DNA of 64,000 nt, taken from the NCBI GenBank assembly GCA_045837725.1, contig JBEWZL010000215.1:186001-250000 (forward strand). The letters run 5' to 3'. Within the stretch, counting starts at the first letter, position 1. Each line of letters opens with the position of its first letter. Positions 1-10,917 of the stretch are shown here, piece after piece. A program made the translations under genes and the position numbers. The notes under the pieces were generated by a model that was not told the origin of the DNA, searched no databases, and worked only from the letters and a program-made list of their open reading frames with translations. The stretch comes from Vermamoeba vermiformis. Its lineage: Eukaryota.

Positions 1-798
1 CTCAACATTTCTCTCTTAGCTTCAGTTCTGCTCTTAATTGTAGCGCTCGGTGAGAAGGTTAATTGCACAGCATCAACCATCGTAAATTTAACGCGAGAAC
101 TGTCAGGTTGTTCTGGTGCGAATGGATTCGCGGAGCCGGATTGTAATGCTGACAAATCCAATGGCGGGGTCTTGCCTTTAGGCGAAGAATTGCTGCTAGC
201 AAGTCCTAACACTGCTGGACGAGCAGGACTGCTTCGTTTCTCTTTTTTAACGGGAGAATTCTTGGGAGATCCCGAGGCTGTCTTTTTCGAGACTTTGTCC
301 TTGGGCGAGAAGTTAGTCAACAAGTTCTTCATAAACTCCTTGGCTTTATTCTCCTTATTCGAAGCTTTCATGCTCGAATGTTTCTCGCTGTAAACACAGA
401 AAAATTAGTACGACTAGTCGTTTCAAAAAAATCACCAAGATTACGTAACACAAATCATTGTCTTATAAGCAATATTGCAATGCATACCTCTTGCTCGATT
501 TAACAGGAGTGCTCGGCTGAGACTTTTCAATAACTGGATCGGATTGCACGAGATTCGCGTGATTATTTTCTATTTCCATTTGACCGCTTGCGAATAAAGC
601 CGCTGCTTTAAATGGTGTAATAGACAGTGATTTTCTTCTATTAATCCTCGTCTTTCCATCGCCCAGAGAGTCAATAAAGGCTAGATCGGCATTACTCGCA
701 TTTTCGAGCTCGCCGACGAGTTCAGAGACCTTTCTGCGATCTCCGGTACTAATAATATTGTCGTGATGAGTCGCCAAAGACTTTCTGCGGTGAGCCAT
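1..798 (-). CDS. Hypothetical S/P/K-rich protein, 5' part only (runs off the window start)
   Basis: ATG at 798 (MAHRRKSLATHHDNII...), exon 798-488, GTATGC...CAG intron 487-388, then a second exon toward position 1; no family recognised. Confidence 0.6.
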
Positions 799-1071
799 GG
801 TGATTACGAAAAGAATAAATAAAAATTGACCCGTTCTTTGATGGTGAAAAAATTGTGAAAATTTGACCGTTACCAAGTTCAAATTTTTAAGCGGGAAATG
901 TTATAGTGAGAATATGTTAAAGACAGTAACAAGCCCACTCGTGCTAAATTATAATTATGTGAACTTACGAATAGTATCTTCGTCAGACAAACCAGCGGCT
1001 GAATCCAAGATCGAATTGTTGGGCAGATTTGAAGCATTACTGGCGCTGGCATGATTCGCAATAGTCAAAAT

Positions 1072-3063
1072 TTATTTCTGACGGCTAATTACAACTTCTG
1101 TCAAATCGATCAAGGCTTGTTTCGCAGGTGAGTCGCTAAAAACAGAGATGGCATCCAAAGCCAATTTACAATGATGCATGGCGAGCTGTTTCGTTCTGCT
1201 CAATCCTTCGCTATTTTGTACGAGTTCTTGTGCCTATAAATTATTATTAGAATTATTTCAGGCAATTTAAATCTGTTAACGTACTCGTGCCACATCTCCT
1301 TCTTGAGAGAATTGTCTTTGCACCATAGACTTGAGTTCAGGATATTGTTCAACGGCGTAAAGTGCAGGAGCAGTGGCGAGACCTAATTTTAAGTCGTTGG
1401 CCACTGGTTTGCCGAGTGACTCTTCGGTGCCCACGTAGTCCAGCATGTCGTCGATCAGCTGCGCCAGAGGTTAGACTGCTGACTCATAACTAGATAACGC
1501 AACACTTACTTGGAAGGCGAGACCGAGGTGACGGCCGTATTGAGTGGCACGTTCGATAATGTCCTTCTCGTAACCACCAATGATGGCAGCACAACGGCAC
1601 GAGTTGGCAATCAAAGAAGCAGTTTTGAGGTAAGTTTTCTGTCAATTAGGTCAGCTACGATGTTCTTCTCTAGCTCCATGCTCTATACATACCTCCATAT
1701 AGTAATTGAAATCGAGTGCGTGTTCAGGAGTGGCTTGCATAAACTCTCCTTCGACGAGATCCGAAATGACTCTGCAAAAAATTGTGTTAAGAATAATAAG
1801 ATCGCTGTGATATGAATAATAGGGCAAAAGACGGGGATATTTAAGCAGGAAGAAGGCAAAAAGCAAGGCGAGGGAAAAGGAAAAAAAGAATTAGCCTCCT
1901 GCGGGGGTCGAACCCGCGACCTTTGGCTTAGAAGGCCAACGCTCTACCATCTGAGCTAAGGAGGCTGTTTGTTGTTTTTGAAACCGCCCTTCTCTCGGCC
2001 CCATGAGCAAGCCAAGCGGGATACACAGTACCGCTCCGTTTCCTTACCTTGACATCTGTTCTGTTACTTCGTGATTTCCGAGTTGTGCGAGACTAATTGA
2101 CGCTCGAGCCAGCAAGAAATCACCGGCGAGAATGGCCATCTTGTTGCTGTATCAAACGCGTCAGTCGTGCTTGTCCGACAAACAAATTTGACGTGCAGTC
2201 ACGTACCCAAAAGCGACGTTGACAGAGCTGACACCTCTGCGAGTATGTGCCTCATCAATGACGTCGTCGTGGATGATGCTGGCTGTATGAATCATCTCGA
2301 CAATTTCGGCAAGTTGAAGTTGCTTGGGCAGCACTGATTCTTTCGCATTTTTTACATTTTTCTGTTTGTAATTGGTCCAAAATTAGTTATCTGTTAAGGA
2401 CGATATTTTATCGGAAATTATACCTTGGCTTGAGCATTAAACGAGGTCGCTCGTGACATCAGCATTGTAATGACAGGCCTAATCTTCTTGCCACCAAGAC
2501 TGAAATAATAATTTGCGATCGATTCTAATATGCCGTGTTTAGTTGTAATTAATTCTCTGATATTTTTGTTCATTTGTTTCAGATCTCCTTCAACCACGTT
2601 CAATGGATTTTCATGAGCTTTGTCGGCGTATTTTTTAAGAGCAGGTTGTTCGTCGAGATGGAATGCAGCTTTGTTTAATTTTGTGATAATTCTCTTGGCG
2701 CGATCGTATGCTCCAGCCATGTCGCTTGCAAGTGATGAATTGTGACGAGAAAGTTGGGCGAAATTGTTATTTGTAATATCTTTGGCCTTCAATATAATAG
2801 GACAATTAGAAGACCGGATATTTAGAGTGCTAAACGTTGAACAAATCCAGCATCAAAAACTACAAAAATATTTTAATTTTTCACTGACTTACCTGAGGCT
2901 TGATTTCTGTAGTACGAGTATTCATCATCAAAGAGCTATTTACAGCACCTTTTTGTGAGAATAAATGGCGAGTTTGGACGGATCTGGTGAGAGTTTTAGA
3001 TCCCGAACTGAAGATCCTGGGCAACCGAATTTTGGATATCGAATTGAATATTGATTGTTGCAT
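1072..3063 (-). CDS. COQ1: Long-chain trans-polyprenyl (solanesyl/decaprenyl) diphosphate synthase with a mitochondrial-type presequence; 7 exons
   Basis: Spliced product has GGKKIRP, first aspartate-rich motif IHTASIIHDDVID..TRRG, AILAGDFLL, GLAFQLIDDMLD and an R/S-rich N-terminus; introns 2892-2787, 2423-2362, ~2206-2147, 2047-1772, 1509-1459, 1284-1234; TAA at 1074-1072. Confidence 0.93.
1893..1965 (-). tRNA. tRNA-Arg(UCU), intronless, inside COQ1 intron 4
   Basis: GCCTCCTTAGCTCAGATGGTAGAGCGTTGGCCTTCTAAGCCAAAGGTCGCGGGTTCGACCCCCGCAGGAGGCT folds into a full cloverleaf: acceptor GCCTCCT/AGGAGGC, anticodon stem TTGGC/GCCAA, loop CT-TCT-AA, T loop TTCGA; oligo-T terminator follows. Confidence 0.97.
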
Positions 3064-3627
3064 AATGCGTTGTATGTACAAATTATTTAACACGTTGTAA
3101 AGTTGTTGGATGTGGCTGTGCAATCATAAATAAACCACGTTTCAGTGAATACTTCCAATACACCAGTTAGTATTCAATTCCAAGGACTAATAGCTAGTCG
3201 CAGTGTGTTGGTGATGTTCGTGTAGTAATCGACACTAACAAACGTCAATTTTGTTGGGGAACTGCCAAACGGATGAGTTCACTGTTCGTGAGGTCAGCGG
3301 AGGGGCGTTCACGGAGCACCAAATCGAGTAATATTGCAAACATTAAGTCAAACTCACTCATGCGCACTCTCAGTAATGCACAACGGAAAGTGGGAACGTG
3401 CCGAGCTCATGATCCCAAACTGATCTGATCAACTGAACTCTTGCAATTACCGTAAGAATGAACCTACCTCGCTAAGATAGATCACATAAAAATATCTAGA
3501 TATTTCATATCTTGTTTGGCTCTTGTTTTTGGGTCGTGAAGTGTTTTTGTAGTAAATTGCAGTACTTTTACCTCAGCCAAAGAGAAGAACACAGACCAAC
3601 GAGTTTAATCTTCATAGTACAAAAAAA

Positions 3628-4638
3628 ATGACTAAGCTTCAGATGAAATTATGGGGCAGGACTTTTGTCATTGCTGCCTGTTGGTGTAAGTTATCGAGGA
3701 CGCAGACGCATTCGAAATTTATTTTCAGATTTCCATTCCTTGATTATTAAATATGAGTGCTAATTATAGTAAATATTAGGCATGACATTTGCTGGTGTAC
3801 CTCTTTGGTTTTACAAAAATCCTGATGGCTGGACTTTGTCGGTCTACATGTGGTAAGAATCTTTTATCAGAATATAACAATATTAATCGCAGTATCATTA
3901 TTGTCATGTTATTATATTTTTAAAATACGAGCTAATGTAGCTAGATATTATTTCATAAAATGTTTCAGTTAATGGTTGGATGTCACACGAGTGATTTTTC
4001 GATTATTCTCGAATTATAGATGCTTCTAGAATGCTGAATAATAATAAAATAACATATAATTAATTGGGTGTCAATAATACGCTTAATAAACCGTATATTT
4101 CGCAATCACAAAGAAAATTACGCAAACAAATCTGCAATAATACCAGATCAGCGGTTTAATCGATATTAAAATTTGTATAATATAGGGCTATAACGTTCTT
4201 CCTATTCCCGCTATTCTGGCCAGCAAGATGGCTCAAAGGCGCACTCATTATTGTTCAAAACTTCTGGGTCAATGGAATTGTCTTGATTGGCATGGCTGTT
4301 TATCCTTTCTTCTTCGTAAGTACCTTATATATCAATACTATGCTATTATTTATTTAAAGCCCGATCTAATCGCAAAATGTCGGATCAGGTTCCTGGATTC
4401 TTCGGTGGACTTTCACTAGCGTTTGCGGGCATATGTTTTATTATAGCAGCTATTAAGAAAGAAAAAGGAGAGTCGTTGGAGAACCTCAAAGGTAAATTAT
4501 CACCATTAGTAGCGTCCATACGATTGTTTTTACGTTATTCCGCGTTGTACGCGAAATTATTTTAATTATCTCCTAATTGTCCTTATTAATTATTAATACT
4601 TGATTATTATAGCTGGTGGTGCTGGTCCTCGAGAATAA
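3628..4638 (+). CDS. CYBA: p22phox / cytochrome b-245 light chain-like NADPH oxidase subunit; 5 exons
   Basis: Spliced MTKLQMKLWGRTFVIAACWCMTFAG...FPLFWPARWLKGALIIVQNFWV...FFVPGFFGG...IAAIKKEKG resembles recalled Dictyostelium CybA (AACWC, PLLYP, FLVP, AIKGERG); small multi-TM protein. Confidence 0.8.
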
Positions 4639-4851
4639 GCTCAGCAATAATACACTCAGCTCTTTTTATTTTATTTTTAATCGGTACTGCGATGGCATTA
4701 GGTTAAATGTACAGTTAGTATGAATAAATCTATATTATTATGACCAGTATTATATTTATTATAATATAATAGACAAGAGTAGGACAACAAAACAAGGTTT
4801 TATTTGTGTCTAAAGTTAAATTATAAAGTAGTGCTAATAATAATTTAAGGA

Positions 4852-7800
4852 TTAAAGTTCAATGGCTTTGTATCGCTCATCGACAGCTTGTTTGTTGCGA
4901 ATGTGACTGAGCACATTGCGATAGAACACTTTGACTGGCACGTCATCACCACCAGCGACATTGGGCAAGTGTTGGTTGATCAATTGAATGAGGCCGTTCA
5001 AGTACTTGCCACCGTCCTAATTATCAACCAGTTAGATACTATACGAGTACTAGTCATATATAAAAGTGCACGTACGACTTCAGGGTTGGTCTCAAAGTAG
5101 TAGAGGTACTCGTTCAAGATCTCAACGAAGAGTTGAATGTTGACGGACGTGTCCATGCAGCTGTCAGCAACTTTCATCGACTTCTTCAAGCACTCTAAGA
5201 CACGCTTGCTGTCCTTGTATGATTTCTGTCATAAGAGGTGGCGTTAGTGAGACTGGATCTTGCAGATCTAACCGCGAACATGACGTACCTCGCTATCAGA
5301 GCTGAAGAACAAGTGCGAGCACATAGCAACAGCAATGCATTGGTCAGGCTTCTTGAGCAATCTCGACGAGTGTTGAGCGGTCTTAGTGATGAGAGTGTCG
5401 TAGGACTCGTCGTCAAAGTTCTTCATGGCTTGCAAAGCACCGATGATGAGGCGAATGGAGTCGAATTGTTCGCGAGACTCGGCAATGTCGTCTTCGTAGA
5501 CAGTGTAGGCTTGAGTCATAAAGTCATAGGCGAACTCGTTCAACTTGCATTGATCGGCTTCGATGGCAGCTTGCACGTACAAACCCAATGAAATCAATTG
5601 CACGCTGCGTTGGCTGGTTTGAAAGGGTTATTAGCACGTGATTTTTTGCCTTTCACATCATTTGCGTGACATACCCAGCTTGCGCGGTAGTTTGGAGCGA
5701 TGAAGTCTTCTTGAAAGCACCGATGCACTCGTGAACAAACTTGGTGACACGACGCACCTTCTTCTCCCAATCAGCGTCCGAGGCTTGTTGCTTGCGAATA
5801 TCTTGAATCAAGCGCAGAGCCTTGAAGGTGAGAGGGATCGTCGTGTGACGTTGGCGTTTGAGGCCACCTTCGTCGAACTTCTTTTTGATGGCAATCAAAA
5901 TGCCGAAGCCGTCTTCAATGGTAGGAGCCTCGCACATGTGCAACACACGAGACAACAAGTTGAGATCTTCAACGAACTTGGGCTATAATTTCATGGATTA
6001 GTAACGTTGTACTAGCGTGAAAGATAGTTAAAGCTACGTACTGAAGCCTCGTAGGAGGTGTTGGGCTCACCGACCAACAAGGGGTTGAGGAGCTCCAACA
6101 ATTTGGCGACATTCTCAGCATCGGGGAGTTTAGTCTCGTGCTCCAAGATGTTCTGCATAACAGCATTAGCATCAAGTACAATGTTGCTATAGTCGCGTCA
6201 CTTACCTCGATGATGTCAAGGGCCATAGTCTTCTTGTTGTCGAAGTCCAAGGGAGCAAAGAGCTTGCCATAGTTCTCAAGCTTAAGCACGCTAATGATGT
6301 TGCGATACGTGTCAACGGGGATGTGCAACAACTCCATCAACTCATCGACAGTGCGTTCTTCGTCGAGCTCGCTACCATCGGCCTTCTCGATGGCTTGGTG
6401 GCAGTACTGCAACACTTCGTCGACGTATTGAGGCTGGTCGTTGTAAGTGCGAAGAGCAAAGCGAGCAAGAGAGGACATGATGGCCAACACGTTTGAGATA
6501 TGCACGTGACCGCGTTCAGAGAACACGCCAGTGACGTGATTGTAGAGCACGTGGTAGATGTCGGTGGGTCCGGGAGTGTACTTGAGCGCACGATCTGATT
6601 GGTTCAAAATGTGCATGGCCAAACGATCAATCAATGAAGTAATGATGGGACGGAGATCAACCTGCGAGGCACGAGGTTAGCTATTTGAACTAACTTAACT
6701 GGAGCACGTACTTCACCGTTAAGTTGGCCGCAAGTAGTCAACAAGGGGCCCAATGTTTGCAAGTGGAATTCATCAGGGAAGGCCTTCATGATATAACGTT
6801 AGTATTGCTGTAACCTTAGGGTGGCACTGAGTCACGTACCTGAATGACGATTTCCATCAAGTACTGTTGAGCAATACGATCACCGCATTGAACGATTTGC
6901 TCCAAAATGCGAGGCAAGATGTCGCGCTTGTAGGTCTCGATATCGACTTCGACTTGACTCAGTCTTTGCAAGTTTTTGCCGACAAGCGTGGACAAATCTT
7001 TGCGTTCCTTTTCTCGCTTCTCCTTTTCACGACCAACGATTTGATGTTGCATGCGGACCCACAACTTGTTCATTTCAATGAAGTTGGTCAAAATAAAGTC
7101 AACGGCATCGCCGACATTGCCTCCCCAACTGCGGTGAAAGAAATATCAGTAAATGGTTATGCTTTAAGATTAGAGTGGGAATATATTACCCGTGGTATTC
7201 AGAACCCTCTTCAGGCAACTTGTCCTTGACCATTTCAGACAAGAAAGTGCGCAAGAACAGACCGCGAGTGTGGTGTTGAACTCCGCGGCACATCTCGACG
7301 AGATCCTTCAAAACGTCCTTGGCAGGAGCCTTCTTTGACTTGATATATGTTGAACCAACAGTAATCAACAAGTACCTAACGTTAGTTATCAGTTAAATTC
7401 TCGTTAAACAAATTCCAAACAACAGCAGATCCCTCGAAAGCAACGCCTTGCACTCTGTTGGTATTATTATATTATGGCTGAACTTACAATCTTGGCAAGA
7501 TGTTGCCGGCGTATTGAACGATCTCGTAGAGTTCGTTCAAGCTCTTGCCGTGCTTCTCGTCAGCAATGTACATTTCGAGGTGACGCAAGTGATCAGCGGC
7601 AATGATGTCTTTAAAGAGAAATCAACGGTCAAGGAATAAATAAATATGAATGGTTAGAGTATATGATAATCCGGTCTTAAATTCAAGCGTGGGTTAGATC
7701 CGTGCGTTAGATCAAATTGAATTAAGGATACAAAGAGCATAGTAGTTTCTAGGTGACAACAAGCTGGTTCTCAATTCTCCGAGCATCAATGAAGCGTGTT

Positions 7801-8312
7801 TAAGAGCTTCCATCAATTTGTTGCCGTCCTATGAATGAATGAATGTTAACGAGAAAGGTCCTGAAAAAGATCTGATCTTCTAACGAGCTGAGGAACAAAA
7901 AAATACTCAAAATAAATATTAATTAATAATTACCAACGCGCGCTTCATGTGGAAAGCTTGAGTGTTGACAACATTCTTCGCATCGGCTAACAACTTGAGC
8001 TCGTCTTGTTGCTGCAATTTAGGGTCTTCCTTGCCAGTCTATTTAAACTAATTAATATTGTTTCTATTGTATTATTATTTAAATAAATACGGCTCGTTAT
8101 AATAAATGACAGACTTTCAATTATTGAAATAAAAATCTTTTTTAAACACTTATTGTCCACTAAATTTACGTCCGTTTCTTCAACCAAAATTAATTTAATT
8201 TATGCTAATATTTGAGCCATAAATATGTTCATTCAAGCTTGATCAGCGGATGTGGTTTGAGTTATTATTGCTAGCGTTCTCCAATCATTATCTGTAATTA
8301 TACCTTCGACAT
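4852..8312 (-). CDS. VPS35: Retromer subunit Vps35, multi-exon, with a 9-nt first exon (MSK)
   Basis: [44 protein letters not shown] (PRLYL motif), [32 protein letters not shown] at 4854-4852. Confidence 0.97.
7609..7731 (-). other. U12-type (minor spliceosome) GT-AG intron in VPS35
   Basis: Donor GTATCCTT at 7731; branch TTCCTTGAC at 7636-7628, about 20 nt before the AG at 7609; splicing restores YYAL-Y-IIAAD in frame. Confidence 0.9.
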
Positions 8313-9115
8313 TGTGACTCGTTGATTAAACTATAAGGTCAATAATAACTTGCGAGTTAAAAAACGAAAAATCAACACTAGAAGATTTTTGAGCGAAACC
8401 GCAACTAAAAAAACGGCAACCTCAACTCGACGAAGGCAGGGGAAAAAGTTCGGTCCCAACGAAATTTCGCACTTTTTGTATGGGAGTTCTACGAAATGGC
8501 GTTGATTTTATCTCGTCCCGCAACTGAAAGAAGGCCCACCATACATCGCATTATATTTTGAAATTAACTTCACCAATGTTTTTAACGGTATTTATTAACC
8601 ATAATTTTACAATTAATTCTTGGCCGAATTTACAACAACGAATCTTCAAGATCACGAAGCCCGATGCCTTGATCAGCGGCAGAAATGGGCCGGAAAACGT
8701 TCTAGTTCGTTCATCGTGCTGAAAATAATACAACTAATTAGGCCAACATTGTTTCGCCATTATTTGAGCCGTCAAATTGCAATACAAAAGCTGATTTGGG
8801 ATGTTGCTCGTGTTGCTGTGGAATCTGTTGTGTACCCTTGGAAGCTCGTCATTGATATGACTCAGTGGCTTACAGTAGTTGGTGTAGTGGCGAAGTAGAA
8901 GATTGCCTCTGTTGAGTTTTGACGGTCAAAAATTGGGAAAGGAATTTTTTCGTCAGGTTCCCGGTTTCGGGTTTTCGTCTCCTAGTGAAGAAAAATTCTT
9001 GCTGAAAAAATCAGCCCAACCTGCCGAGTCAATTTCATGAACATTTTATTCTGACGATCATGATAGTGATTAGCTACATAGTTAATTTATACTAGATATC
9101 CAATTTACTTCGTGC

Positions 9116-10820
9116 ATGGAGCTGCGCAGTGTCGTTCTTGTTGGTGGAGGGCACAGCAACGTGCAAGTGCTTAAAATATTAGCAACTGAATTGAAAAAAG
9201 CTGACAGAGTTAAAATAATATTAATATCAGGTTAGTAAACATTGTTTCTGCTTTTCTCAATTAAATATACGTCAGATCGCGGATCGCCACTTCCAGAATA
9301 ATTAAATAATTATTTTAAATAGAATATCAATTTGCTTGGTACTCAGGAATGATGCCTGGGGCAATTTCAGGATTATACAAGCCTGAGGAGACTCAAATGG
9401 ATCTGGCAGCCTTATCTCAATGGTAATTCGGGTTTTAAAGCAATAGTGTTGTATAATAATATTGCTACGTTATTTATGTGCCGGAGTCGGTACTTTCGTA
9501 AAACTGATCTGATCTGGATCTTTAGGGCCAAAGCCGAATTCATTCAAGCACGAATGACAGGCATCGATGTCGACAAAAGATTAGTGCTACTCGACGGCGA
9601 TAAGCAGCCTGTTTATTATGATTATTTATCGATAAACATTGGTTCCGTCACCAGAGTATGTCACTCCCATACACGTTCAAATGGTGCTAACAGTCTTGCT
9701 AGGATACACTCGTTGTGCCGGGAGTTAACGAGTACGCTATTGCCACACGACCTATTTCAGAGCTCGTGAGCAAAATAGAACGATTCGAACACGAACATGA
9801 GAAATACGATCACGTGCCACACGTCATTGTTGTTGGTGCTGGTGCTGCTGGTGTTGAACTGGCATTTGCATTCAAGTCCGTATACTATATTAGGCAACGC
9901 CTACAGTTTATTGCAACGGACTAATGCCTATTACACAGTACGAGGTTTAGAAAAAAGTACGGAGATGTGGCAGTCACACTGATCTCAGCAGTGGAAAAGA
10001 TTGGTCACACAGAAATGGGCCATTGGGTCTCGAGGAACATTCACCATTCATTGAAAGAGAAGAGGATAGCAGTCTACCAGGGCAAATGTGTCAAAGTTAC
10101 GAAGACACATGTGACACTTGAAGCGAACGAGACACGAGATTTGCCGTACGATTTGTTGGTCTGGGCAACTGGTGCTGAAGCTCCAGGTGTGCTTAAAAAT
10201 ACTGGGCTGCAGCTCGGTACGTGTTTTAATGTAACTTGGTCCCTTTCCTTATTTAATGGTTTGTTGAAGATGACCGTGGATACCTGCTCGTATCTCAAAC
10301 TCTGCAAACCTTGACAAGGCCTGAAGTATTTGCTAGCGGTGATTGTTGCACGGTGCAAAATTGTCCGTGGATTACTAAAGCTGGAGTCTACTCCGTGCGT
10401 GAGGTGCGTGCTTGAACTTTTTTTCCATTTTTGGAAAACTTTAATTTACTTACCGTTCTTGAAACAGGGGCCGTTCGTCGCGCATAATATATTGAAGTTA
10501 TTACGAGGTCATCACCTAACGAAGTTTCACCCGCAAAAAGTGCGTAATCATAACGACGTAAATTATTACTTTTGAGAATGTCAAAACATCGGAAATGAAT
10601 TATATTGATTGCCTTAGCTGTCAGTTTATTAATTGGCAAATAGGGGTTCTTAGCGTTGATGATGACGGGCGACGGAAGTGCCATTAGCAGTTGGAAGGGT
10701 ACATCCGCAACTGGCAAGTTAATTTGGGTTATGAAAGACAGAATCGATCGAAAGTTCATGGACCTTTTCAATGTAAATAAGCTACCCACGAATGTTGTAA
10801 ATTATGCAGTCGAACAATAA
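9116..10820 (+). CDS. FAD-dependent pyridine nucleotide-disulfide oxidoreductase of the type found N-terminal to SelD, stand-alone; an alternative last exon could end at ~10903
   Basis: VVLVGGGHSNVQVL, YSGMMPG, YDYLSINIGS, VVGAGAAGVELA, LVWATGA, FASGDC, KAGVYSVREGP, FLALMMTGDG, WVMKDRIDRKFM across canonical introns. Confidence 0.85.
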
Positions 10821-10917
10821 ATTATTGCGAACAAGTTGACGTTGATTCAATAGGGAGCGGATCCCACAAACCGAATTGCAATAAGACGAGTATTTCCGAG
10901 TTAATATATTACATAGT

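Noticed and set aside
2362-2423. TCCTTAAC (U12-like branch) in a COQ1 intron
   Set aside because: The donor is GTATAA and a U2-type CTAAT lies nearer the acceptor
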